The notes below the pieces were generated by a model. That model had not been told where the DNA came from, did no database searches, and worked only from the letters and a program-made list of their open reading frames with translations. Position numbers and translations under genes: made by a program. A stretch of DNA of 64,000 nt. Origin: Intoshia linei. Its lineage: Eukaryota; Animalia; Orthonectida. Below are positions 47,401-64,000 of the stretch, one piece after another. Numbering within the stretch: the stretch's first letter is position 1; each line of letters starts with the position of its first letter. The stretch is taken from the NCBI GenBank assembly GCA_001642005.1, contig LWCA01000038.1, forward strand, positions 1 through 64,000, written 5' to 3'.

Positions 47401-47784
47401 GATGTCAAAATCTACGTCAAAAATATTAATACTATTATGTATTAGGTTATTCAATAACTGTTATTATTAAAATTACAATATTGCAACAAATAAATGATAA
47501 TTAGTTAGAATTGATAAAGTAATTGAACGGTAAAATATATTTATTTTTTTAAATATAAATCAATACATTCTCAAAAGAGTACTAATCATCTCATTCAAAT
47601 GATTTGTATTTAAAATGTATAAATGAATTTATAAATGAAAACATTAATCAATAGTTTCTAAAGGGTTCTTTTATCAATTTTAATTCCAGGAATATTGCAT
47701 TTACACATTGACAATCATAATTATAATTATATATTTCTATTACATTATTATTGTATCATAGAAAATAAAATATATCATGTCAAA

Positions 47785-48237
47785 TCCTTACTTATATAAT
47801 ATGCTATGCAATATTTCTTTGTGTGTTGTGTGTTACCGTTTATTTCAATAACTACCAGTCTTAGAATTTTATAAAATCCATATTTCAATTATAGTTTTTT
47901 CAGGGGTGTTAACAAAATAAATTTCAACCTCCCAAACTCACATCTTACAGATCAAAAAGCCCAATTGTCCTTATTATTACAATATAGAAATTACATTATT
48001 AAAAAAATGAGATAATAATTGTTACCAAAAAAAATTAAGATGGAATTATTCACTTTAAAGTAAAAAGTAATGTGATATGATGGTTCCACCTGAAAAAAGT
48101 TTGGGAACCACTCCTTTAAAGGATTAATAATAGTGAATAGTTAGATTTTCAACATAATTTATTTTTTTGGTAGAATAAAAATGTGTCCTCGGCAGAGCTA
48201 GGTGCTGTTTGTACGTAGTACATAGCAGTCAACCTAG
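47785..48237 (+). mobile_element. Complete short non-autonomous Helitron (453 bp)
   Basis: Inserted between A and T. 5' TCCTTACTTATATAAT; 3' subterminal hairpin GCTGTTTGTAC-GTA-GTACATAGCAG then CTAG; no TIR or TSD. Confidence 0.88.
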
Positions 48238-49429
48238 TATCATTATAAATAAGCTTGCATAAACCCAGTGTCGAACCTTGCGTATCCCGATACCACTTTT
48301 CGTAAACGACCTGGATGAAATTTTGGGAAAATCAGGGCTGCATTTTTCCAAATTGAGTATGATAAATAATATATTCTTCAATACCATAACTATTTGATTT
48401 ATTTAATTTAAACTGTCAAGCCAAGAGCTTATGATAGGCGGATAGGAGGCATATGACACTACGCATTGTTTGGTAAAAAATTTTGGATTTATTTTTAATT
48501 TTCGGTCGCTTAGAGCTTGGTAGGTTCTGCTCTGCATACACCAGTGTAACCAAATATTTTTAGTCAATAAAAAAAAATCACTTACCAATCTCTCTTAAAA
48601 TTGAAACATTCTCCGCATGGATGAAAAAATTCATCCTCCGGTTGATAACCACCGTAAACTTTACTATACATACTATTTAGACTTATATGATAATTTTTGA
48701 GTGGGAAGGATAGCCAAAATTAAAAAAATTGCTCAATTCACAATTAGTCAACATTTTCATAACTAAAAGTATAATCTAAAAAGTTATCCACCTAAAATGT
48801 TCTAAATATGTAAATTATGCAAGATCATTAGTACTCAGGATATCATTATATTTGATATGAAATAGCAATTTGTCTAATAGTTTTTCGTGTCAAGATTTGA
48901 CATTAAATAATTAATGCTTAACTAAAATATCGATTATGCAACACCAGCAAAAAATTGACAAATTTAGCTTAAAATTCCAGTCGATCATAAAAAATAATGA
49001 GTCAGTATTAAACAAGTATCAATATAATCTATATATCGCACAATTTACATTGAGTGTATTTGTCCTGCCTATGAAATACTATAGTTTTAAAGTAGCATCA
49101 TGTATAATGCATTTAATATAGCCAGTGTATTCATATTGATTGTACGATTCATACATGTTCCTACGAATACAAAAATGAATAATGTAAAAATTTCAAGTTT
49201 TATTGTTCTAGGATTATCATATATTAAGACCAATTACATTTATATCGACCATTTATCATACACTATATTACACACATATTATCAGGTATACATTTTAGTT
49301 ATTATTTCAAATTATTGATGAATCTGTTTCAAATGTACAGTATGGTGTCGTGAGTTAGAACCCATGACCTTTACTAATATTGATATTACTTGAGAATTTT
49401 ATTTTTTTATATTTACAATTATATTCATA

Positions 49430-49733
49430 CTAGCTTGACTGTTATGTACTACGTACAAACAGCACATAAATCTGCCGAGGGCACATTTTTATTATACCAA
49501 AAAAATAAATTCATGTTGAAAATCTAACTTAAAAATCCACTATTCACTATTATCCATAAACAAGTGGTTCCCAAACTTGTTTCAGGTGGAACCATCATAT
49601 GACATTACTAGATTGAAAATCTAACTTAAAAATCCTACTATTCACTATTATCAATTCTTTAAAGGAAAAAATAAATTCACGTTGAAAATCTAATTTAAAA
49701 ATCCTACTATTCACTATTATCAATCCTTTAAAG
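49430..49733 (-). mobile_element. Helitron 3' end with a triplicated subterminal block
   Basis: CTAG|T terminus and hairpin on the minus strand. Block TTGAAAATCTAAYTTAAAAATCCTACTATTCACTATTATC at ~49517, 49613 and 49682. Confidence 0.8.
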
Positions 49734-50673
49734 GAGTGGTTCCCACATTTGTTTCAGGTGGAAGACGTTTCGATATAGGTGGAACAGTTGACTATTTATC
49801 ATTTCTTCTCAATGTAACAAATTATAGAGGCATAATATCATGTTGCTTACATGTTTTCTAAACAAAAAAAGCATCATACCATCGGAAACGTTGATCAACC
49901 CTGTACTCTTAACATTGCAAAACTTCTACTTGACGAAAAACAAAAAGGGGCACTTAAATCAGTTCCTTTGTAAAAGGATTAAAAATCTAGCAGAAGTTAT
50001 CGAACTTCAAGTTATGGATGAACTTCGAAAAAGCCTAGTAAAATTTAGTTTACAATTGGACGAATCTACTGATGTGTTTGCAAGATATGTTGTGAATGAT
50101 AACATTAAGGAGGAATATCTGTTTTGTAAGTCATTAAATAAAACTACAAGAGAATTGATGTATTCGAAATATATATGTTCTCTATTTATATAATCTAATT
50201 TGATATAGTCATGTTTACATTTAATATAATCATAATTACTATGACTAATAATACACCTAATAACCAACATGACTATATAAATAGAGAACATCTATAAATT
50301 ATATTAATACTTATATTTATATATATTTAATACATTGAAATATATATAAAATTTTTATATAGTTCCTTGATTTTTTTAGTGGCCCTTTTGGAAATATATT
50401 ATATATGACTATGATAGCTTAAAATGTGATATTTGGAAGTTTTTGGTGTAGTATGCTTAATATCTATCCATTTGTGACTGAAATTGCCGTTGAAGTAATT
50501 ATTACTTTTGTTGTAACATAGTTTTGTGAGGCTGAATTTTCTATTCTAACAAATTAAAAAATAGAAATTAGAATAAATTAGATGTCTGTGTCGGTATGCG
50601 AGTGAGCCTATCAAAAACAATGCACAGATTTAGCTTACTTCTCATTTCAAAGCAACAATAACGATCCCATTAA
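49734..50673 (+). pseudogene. Degenerate hAT Buster/Charlie transposase with its left terminus
   Basis: GAGTGGTTCCCA terminus. EA*YHVAY..KKHHTIG/ETLINP, KFSLQLDESTD, ARYV..IKEEYLFCKSL..TT, and a C-terminal dimerisation region FW....YP...CEAEFS...RNKLDV..MRVSLS...KQQ*RSH*; contains stops and frameshifts. Confidence 0.88.
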
Positions 50674-51049
50674 AATTTATCTAAATAAATTTGTTCAATT
50701 GTTATGTAAAAGTTTTCCGTTACTACTTAATTCGTCTATTTTCTGAGTCTTCAACATTATATTTGAATAGTCTATTTTTGATTAATGAATTTGGTGGTAT
50801 GACCAGGGCTACTATATTTTTCAATGGAAAATAGATAATATATCTACTGGATATTGCAGTAGTACTTACAAAACTTTTAGTGGATATGATAGTTGACATG
50901 TTTTCATATTTAAAAGATTTGAAGTAAGTACAGACAGGGTCGTGGAGAGGATCATATGTCCCGTGTCTACAATCATGAGGGCCTACTTTTTTAATTTATT
51001 AATAGGTATTGATCACAAATTTCTCAAGTATATCATAATTTCGATAATC

Positions 51050-51735
51050 GAATGTGAATCGAAATGAAAATTTGAAATTTAAAAATTGCGTAGCAATGAA
51101 AAAAATTCCGAAGGAATGAATTATGTAGATTTTCACACATATGTCTTTATTGAAAATGTGTAGAGGTTCAATACACACTTTTTTGAAATTGTAGATTTAC
51201 ATTTTCAATTTTTTATTTTAATTGATTTATTTGAAAAATATTGGTTGAATATATTAAAAGTATTTTTCACGAGGAATACGTAGATTTCTGGGGTTAAAAT
51301 TTTGTATTTATATCAACTGGAATAAGCTCTATCAGAATAACCTTTTTTTTAATTTTCGGACCGTTAATTATTTCACATTTTTTGTTTTAATAAAATATTT
51401 CGGAAAAAAAATATATGAATACCAAAATGCTTTTTTGACCGTGAAGTCGTCACTTATTTGGATTCAAATTTTTTATGTGCGTTAATAGGATACAACTGTA
51501 CCACCTGTAAATTTTTTGAAAGTCTAGGGCTGTTTTCATTAAAAAAAAGGGTACTTTGTAGTTTTGACCCTGAAGATATAATTTTTTTAAATTTAAATTT
51601 ATGCTAATGTTTATGATTTTAAAATGCGCATCAGCGTATATATTTAATTGAATTCTCCAACTCGTTTGATTTTCAAAAAGAGGGACAACTGGGGTTTTTG
51701 ACCCGTAAGATGTGGGTTTTGGAGGTTGAAATTTA
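51050..51735 (-). mobile_element. Helitron family internal fragment
   Basis: Collinear with 2700-3410. Confidence 0.75.
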
Positions 51736-53283
51736 TTCAAATTCAAAGCCGAACCAACTGTACACGAAAAAGCTTTTCGGGTCTTCGACGAAAATTTGGT
51801 AAAATAGATGCCTCTAAAATGCAATCCAAAAGCCTTAGATAGGTAACACGATTTGATAAGAATGATTTATTTCAAATATATTTAGGTCATAATGATTTCA
51901 ATTTCATAAAATGTTTTATAATTATACTTTGATTTTTGAAAGTCTTAATTATTTTAAATCTAAATTTATTCATTAATATAATGTAAGTTGAAATGACCTT
52001 GTTTTTTAATTAATAAGTTAATTAATATAAATATATGACTTTATTTTTGGTTTAAATAATTTGATAACTGGTAATTTATTTGAAGATATGAATGAACTTT
52101 GAATGGTGCATAATTTGAATTCTATCTATATTCTAGATTATAGTAAAAATTTAAATTTAATTAATATTTTTTTATTGTTAAAAAAAATGTCGAAAATCTA
52201 TTTAACTCATAAATGTAATGTCCTTTGTTAAGTTTTGATTCATTTAAAAATACATAATGTATATGATTAACCTGATGGTTAGTATCCAATCTATAAATTT
52301 GACTATAATCAATATATTACATTAAAAATTTTATTATGTTGAATGTTAAAACATAATATCAAATTATGTGCTACGTAAAACATTGCTCCATTTATCGATG
52401 AAATTAATTATTTAGTCAATTTCAATTTATGTATAACGTGAACTAAAAACATTAAATTGATCCACTTTTTGATATAAATGGGCCACTTCTAGGATGCCTT
52501 TAAAAGTATTTTTATGCAGGATTGTATTTTAAATCATTATTTGGAATTTTAAAGGTAATTATTTATTTATGATGAAGATAAATTAGTAGAAAGTGAGAAT
52601 GGTTCATATGTATGTGTATATTAGAGGTTACATTAAACCGGTTTTACATACAAATTTCTAGTACTACACTTTATAATAATACAATTACAACTTTTTGATG
52701 GTCTACTTTTTATTTTTCGGGTCTCGGTCATGATAGGTTCAGCTTATGTATTTATATTTTTTACAATTAACAATGTTACACTTAATTCGTATAATCATGC
52801 AATTAAATTATCCAATTATCATGTATAATTGGATAATTATAATCTAAAAATATTATGTAAAACTATTTTATAAGTACAGGCTAATTCCAATTTAATCAAA
52901 TTCCTTTATAACGCAATTCCTCGTATATTGTATAATTTATAACGGGAAAAAATCCTGATTAACGGACTCATTTTTCTAAACTACAAAAATTCCGTTAAAT
53001 TTTAACTTAAAATGACAAGCATTATAATTATACTAAAGCTTTTTCGGTTCAAATTAAAAGCTTTAAATACATAAAACATTTTCTTGTCTTCTTGATTAAT
53101 GATGATAATAATGGTTGATTATTAATTATATGAAATGACTTGCAAATATACGTTGAGTGAAATGAAAATTAAAATTTTTTCATTGTTTGAATGCAGTGGT
53201 TCCCGGTTTAAATAGTGTGTAAACCCCATTTTAAAATATTTATTTTTTGGACTATAAAGGAAACATGAAATGTAAATCATAAA

Positions 53284-54194
53284 ACCTAGCTCTGCCGAGG
53301 GCACATTTTTATACTACCAAAAAAATAAATTCACGTAGAAAATCTAACTTAAAATTCTAACTATTTACTATTATCAATTCTTTAAAGGATTGGTGCCCAA
53401 ACATGTTTCAGGTGGAACCGTCATAGCACATTAGTTTTTACTTTAAAATTAATTATTCCATCTTAATTTTTTAGTTAACATTTGCATAAAGAATTTTAAA
53501 AACAATTATTATCCCATTTTTTTAATTTATTAGACAGAATATATGTAATAATATTAAAAATAAAGTAAAAACAGTCGAATCCTGAAAATTGTCTTAAATA
53601 GCATAAAAACCTATTTTGTCATTGTCAATGTGATAATATGTGTTCAGTACCAATTTAATAAATACTTAAAAATACCAATTATGTATCAATAATTAATACA
53701 ATCAACACTTTATAAACATATTTCAGGTGAATTTTAACAATATTGAAAAAGATTGTAATAAATATAAAAATGATTATAACAAAGTTGTATTTCTTTTAAT
53801 AATTCGTTGTTGTACTTAATTGTTGTTGTGTTAATTTAAATTTTAAACAAAATGTTTTGAAAATGATAAGTTGAGATTGAAAAATTGCGCAGGAATGAAT
53901 TATATAGATTTTCACCCATATTTCTTTATTGGAAATGTGTAGACGTTCAATACACACTTTTTTGAAATTGTAGAAATATTTACATTTTCAATTTTTGATT
54001 TTAATCGAAATATTTAAAAAAATATTGGTTGAAAATATATTAAAAATTATTTTTCACCGGGAATTCGTAGATTTCTGGGGTTGAAATTTTGTATTTATAT
54101 CAACTGGAATAAGTTCTATCAGAATAATTTTTTTTTAATTTTAGGAACATTAATTATTTCACATACTTTGTTTTAATAAAATATTTCGGAAAAA
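53284..54194 (-). mobile_element. Helitron family 3' portion ending at the inner CTAG
   Basis: Minus strand ...GCCCTCGGCAGAGCTAGGT then non-family sequence; truncated at the N at 54195. Confidence 0.75.
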
Positions 54195-54197
54195 NAA

Positions 54198-54308
54198 TAG
54201 GATTTTTAAGTTAGATTTTCAACGTCAATTTATTTTTTTGGTATAATAAAAGAGTGCCCTCGGCAGAGCTAGGTGCTGTTTGTACGTAGTACAAAACAGC
54301 CAAGCTAG
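54198..54308 (+). mobile_element. Helitron 3' terminus
   Basis: GCCCTCGGCAGAGCTAG-GT-GCTGTTTGTACGTAGTACAAAACAGC-CAAG-CTAG|T. Confidence 0.8.
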
Positions 54309-54907
54309 TTACTTTATAAAATCGTAACATCGCGCTTGCAACTTTATTAATGAAACAATGTTACGGAATTTCATTAAAAATTTTAATAAATTTTGTAATT
54401 TAATTTATATTGACAACTCAATAACGAATTCAACTTCATTAATTACATGGTGACTTTCATTCTTATAATTTATGCTTTCTAAGTCTTAGAAATTTTGAAT
54501 CAGAATCAAAAATTCGTTTAGGATTTCCACGGTTTAGGTCAATTTGTTACTTCGTGGTTGTATTCATATTAAGGAGTATAATGTGGAGTACACATTATCA
54601 TTAGTTATGGATTACATTATGTAAATAATTACACACAATACTTATTTGTTAAAGGATTAGTAGCGTTGATTAACCGACAATGTTAAAAATACATAAAAAT
54701 TATTGCTTAATTTTAACACTTTAACAGAGAGTCGAAAGTTTTGACTAACCTAAGGTCAGTTTTGGGGAAGTCACAATGAATTTTATTTTTTTAACAATCA
54801 AGATAAAAATAATTATTATGAACCATAGCAACAACGTAGGCCAAGACTAAGCCCTAACCGTAATCGTAATTAGTAGATATTGAGTACACCGAATTATGGA
54901 CATTTTT

Positions 54908-55345
54908 AATGAAAATATTCTTAAACCCAATTATTTTTACTTAAACCCAACAATTTTTACTAAAAATCCACTTTGACCAACATTTAATGGAAAAATTTCA
55001 ATTTTACCAACCCTTATGGGAAAACCCACTTTAACCAACCTTTAATGGAAAAATCAAGTTTTACTAACCCTTCAGGGAAAAATCAACTAATACAAATATC
55101 TAAGGAAAAATCCCAATTTTACCAACCCTTATGGGGAAAACCCATTTTTACCAACCTTTAATGGAAAAATCCACATTTACCAACTCTTAAGGAAAAAATT
55201 GTCAGTATAAACACTAAAATATCAGTAATAAAATGTACTTTGTCAGTATTTAAATACATATTTGTCAATTTTTAATTGAATGTTGTTGTCAGTGTTGTAA
55301 ATTTTGATTTTTAGTAAAAATGGTTGGATTTAAGTAGACACTCAT
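54908..55345. repeat. TIR element with a tandem 30-bp minisatellite (about 8 units)
   Basis: Units TTTTACCAACCYTTAWKGGRAAAAYCCAC; termini as at 29160 and 34600. Confidence 0.75.
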
Positions 55346-56532
55346 TTTTAATGGCGTCCACATAGTTTGGCGCGTGGTGGTGAAAAGCGTTCACGTGCTT
55401 ATACATTTACATGTACATTCCATAACATTCAAAAAAATTACAAATTTTAATATTCTTTGCAATCGTTTGCATTGTGTGAGCAAATTAATTGAAATACATT
55501 GTATTAATTTCTTTCATATAGCGACACGGTATAACCAACTTAACACTGTCAATATGGTTACAAATGTGGCAATTTGAATTATTTTTATTAATCAAAGCGC
55601 CATATTAAAATATAATTTACAAATGGAATATGGTATATTTTTTTTAAAATGTGTTAGTACTGAATATAATGGTTTGCTTTTTTTCGTTATTAAAATGTAT
55701 TTAACGGTAAGATATCGAGGGTATTGTACAGAAATGATGTGAAATTGTAATTACATCAAAGTGAAAATTTTTTTTAATTATTTAAAATTCAACAAGGCCG
55801 TGGAAATCCAACAGTATGTGCTATATAATTTTTTAATGCGACGTTTATACATTTATTAACAATGTTTGATTGATCGTTTATTGTCTAAAAATTAAACATA
55901 ACAGTTGGAAATTGCATTGGCATCACAAAATTTCTTAGGAATTATCTAGTGTAGCTAGAAAATAATCTGTAATCCAATCGATAATTATTGCAATAGTAGA
56001 TGATATTAACTATATTGCAATACACGATTAGTTTTTTAGAAAACTGACTTAAACAATTTATATCAGCGTTTCATTAAGTAATCAACGTTGTGGGCCCTAA
56101 CTAAATACTATAACCTTAACATTAGTAACTATGATACTCATCGACCATTTTTATAAACGAAATTATTTTATCACACAGTACAACACTAACATTATGCAAG
56201 AATAATAAATACATCATTCTTGATCGTCAAATGAACTGATAAAAGTGATATCAATTCTTTTTCAATCACATCCAGATTTTTTTATAAATCTGGCTTAATT
56301 TGCAAAAATTCCTTTAATAGGGGTTTTAAATTTATCTAAAACACAGTTGAAAACGCCGAGTATTTTTAATTATAATTTTCTAACTAATTAAAAAAAATTA
56401 TGGTGATTTTGATTGTTTAACTTTAAACTTTTAAATGATGATAAGTACAAGACGGAAACAATCACAAATTTTTTTCATTTAAAAAAAAGCCAGAAGTTTT
56501 AAAGATTAATACTATATTTTGACTAAAATTAG

Positions 56533-61602
<5,070 letters not shown>

Positions 61603-61686
61603 ATATATTTATGATTTTTGAAATAATACATGTGTAATATTATCAAATTATTTGAAGAGCAAATAATATTGGTAGAGTATTTTTGT

Positions 61687-63950
61687 TCACTTGGACATGA
61701 AACATTCAGAAATGAGATCTGTAAAGGGTCCATTCATTTTTTCCATTTCAATTAGATCTAGAGCATGGTGATAAGATATTGTTCGTAGGTTAATTAAATT
61801 TGAAATTAAACTTCCCATATACAGTACACTATAAGGTCGTCGAGTATTTACGTATTCTTGGAGGGCGTCAACGTATTCTTCTTGAATTTCTTGGATTTTT
61901 TTGTAATCTTTTATGCCATATCTATCTAAAATATTAATTTTTAATTTTAATGATTGGCAATGTATTTTGTATTTTCTGGGATCCCTATTTTATTTCATTT
62001 TAATTTTAAATCTATAAACCAATTGTCATTAAAATTAAATAATCATCTAGAATTACAAGCATTTAACCCAATAACGTTAAAATGCATGTAATGTGACCAA
62101 AAAACCCGCGTTACACTTCGAATAAATTATCCATCTATTATGCGCTCCAAATAAATCTGTCGACACCCTATAGTGGCGAAACAGTCGCGACCACTGATCT
62201 ATTTAGGGCCGTGTAGACGTCGTTATAATATTTCTCATTTTTGTTACATTAAAATGTTGTGTTGATCAAGTAAGCTGTATAAAAATAAACTGATCGGTCA
62301 CACAGAACTCACTATTGGATCTCCATAGACCTGGATGTCAGGCCTTCTGAAGAAATAAAAAAATGTAAGGTAATAAATACGTTTACATAATTTTAACATG
62401 TATTACCTGAAAATATGGTTATGGCCATAAGCATGCCATATTCGGCATTATCAACGCCGAGTACCGACATTTTTCTAAAAAAATCAAATTGACAATTGAC
62501 ACTTTTAGACATTCCGCTTTTTTTCATGATTTCTCTAGTACAAGTATACCCATTGGTGAATATTATGGAATCGGTATGTAAATCATAACGTCGAGCTGAC
62601 CGAATCATGATGATTTCGTGAGCGGATCCCTAAATTAAAAATATAATCATGATCAAAATAATATACCTTGATGAGTGTAATTTGATCTTCTCGTAACAAT
62701 CTGTCAAATTTAGGTATGGATTTTGCAAATTCAACCATTAAAGTTGTTATCGATTCAATTATGGAAACAATATTTTTATAACAAACCTGGACATCATCTG
62801 AACTTTTATCGGTTAGTAAAGGTTGGTTGGGTTTCAAATCATACATCTCTTGAAAATGTAAAATGTTTATGATGAGTTCGTGATTTTTTTTGGACATATA
62901 TTCGAGCGGGTTTTTTCTCAGCTGAGTGTTCATGTTTCGATTATACATACACAATGCATTTTCGCTGACTTTGGAGTTTTTTGTCTTTTTATCGACATTT
63001 TGTTTGGATCGAGCCTTGCGTCGCACGTCTCGAGCTCTGCATTGTTCTTCTGATAATAAACCTAGGTAATGTTGTTTTTAATAAATAAAGATGTATACAT
63101 TCTTCCTTCATGCCGACCTCTCTGCAGCGTCGTAAACGACAAGATTGACACTTCCGTCTCATCCACATGTCCATTTCACATTGGCCGCCCGCTTTACAGG
63201 TGTATTTGGCATTTCGAGTTACACTACGACGGAAAAAACCTAAATTAATAAAAATATTAATGACATAAATTTATTATGTCATTAAAAGTAGCCAAAATGG
63301 TTGTTAAAATGTAATTTAATGTCACGCTACATAAACAGTTACTGCGCTTAAATCAGTCACATAAAAATATATGATTGATTGAAATATCAATTTACACATA
63401 AATAATGATAAAGTATTAAATAACCTTTACATCCTTCACAACTAAGTGCATTGTAATGATAACCAGATGCCCGGTCTCCACACACTAGACACACTTCCTC
63501 GTCAAAATTTTTGGAATCCTTCTTCTTTTTTTGCATGGTAATAAACGGCTGATTTTGATAATTAATGGGGTACTGTGGGTATTTCTGAGTATTTGGACTG
63601 TGGTATCCATTAAACTGTGAGTAAAAAGATGGGGTTTTTGAATGACGCAAAGGACCCGTGTTAAAAAAACTTAATGGTTTTTTGAATAAAGTGGACGTTG
63701 GAGCATTTTTAGAAAAAAAGCTTGGTTTGCCGGAAGCGTAAGGAGTTGCGTACATGTCGTTTTTGAAATTATGTTTGTCGAAGCCAACGGATGTGGAGGT
63801 TGGAAAATAGTTCGGTCCTTCCTGTTGAATGGTAAACGATCCTTCCTTTGGCTTACTATAAAAGCCCTGCTTTAAACAGTTCTGACGAACAGGTTCGTCG
63901 CATTCTTTTTTGTCACTTTTCAGAGACAAGCAAAACTGTCCATTTTCCAT
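61687..63950 (-). CDS. EcR: NR1H nuclear receptor (ecdysone receptor/LXR-like)
   Basis: [59 protein letters not shown]; [29 protein letters not shown]...[28 protein letters not shown]-2 LISECF. In-frame stop upstream of the ATG. Confidence 0.9.
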
Positions 63951-64000
63951 GAATCATTAATGAAATCAATAAAACTGCAACATCTAAACAAATAATTACA

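Noticed and set aside
49340-49375. tRNA-like 3' half on the minus strand (GGTCATGGGTTCTAACTCACGACACCA); B-box-like GGTCGAATCC at ~12151
   Set aside because: No D-arm, anticodon arm or complete cloverleaf could be built.
53284-54308. Apparent ~1-kb element with long terminal inverted repeats
   Set aside because: These are two Helitron 3' ends in opposite orientation joined at an N (54195); probably a scaffold join.
54960-55200. 30-bp periodic array resembling a CRISPR
   Set aside because: Degenerate tandem units with no unique spacers, eukaryotic context, and no cas genes.

Overview
Very AT-rich animal genomic DNA with bimodal spliceosomal introns: many 35-55 nt GT-AG introns plus kb-sized introns filled with transposons. 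The NR1H/EcR-type receptor and the tiny introns suggest a compact lophotrochozoan genome, possibly an orthonectid-like parasite (inference only). Genes left to right: a cholinesterase (minus strand, runs off the left edge, with a mariner end in its intron), LRPPRC (+), UQCRB (-, its stop 18 bp from the LRPPRC stop), an orphan 4-TM gene (+), NNT (-) head-to-head with IDH2 (+) only 199 bp apart, a very divergent 7TM-like gene (-), and a CatSper3-like channel (+) whose last intron is filled by an antisense, highly degenerate ATAD5/ELG1-like gene. After a ~13.5 kb TE-rich gap come MCM4 (+) and a convergent NR1H (EcR/LXR-like) nuclear receptor (-). Roughly 15% of the window (my estimate from summed copy lengths) is one non-autonomous Helitron family with tandem 3' ends and a captured hAT terminus. 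There are also many hAT, pogo, piggyBac and MULE-like MITEs with readable TIRs and TSDs. Gene models were spliced by hand, so exon boundaries at 5' ends are less certain.
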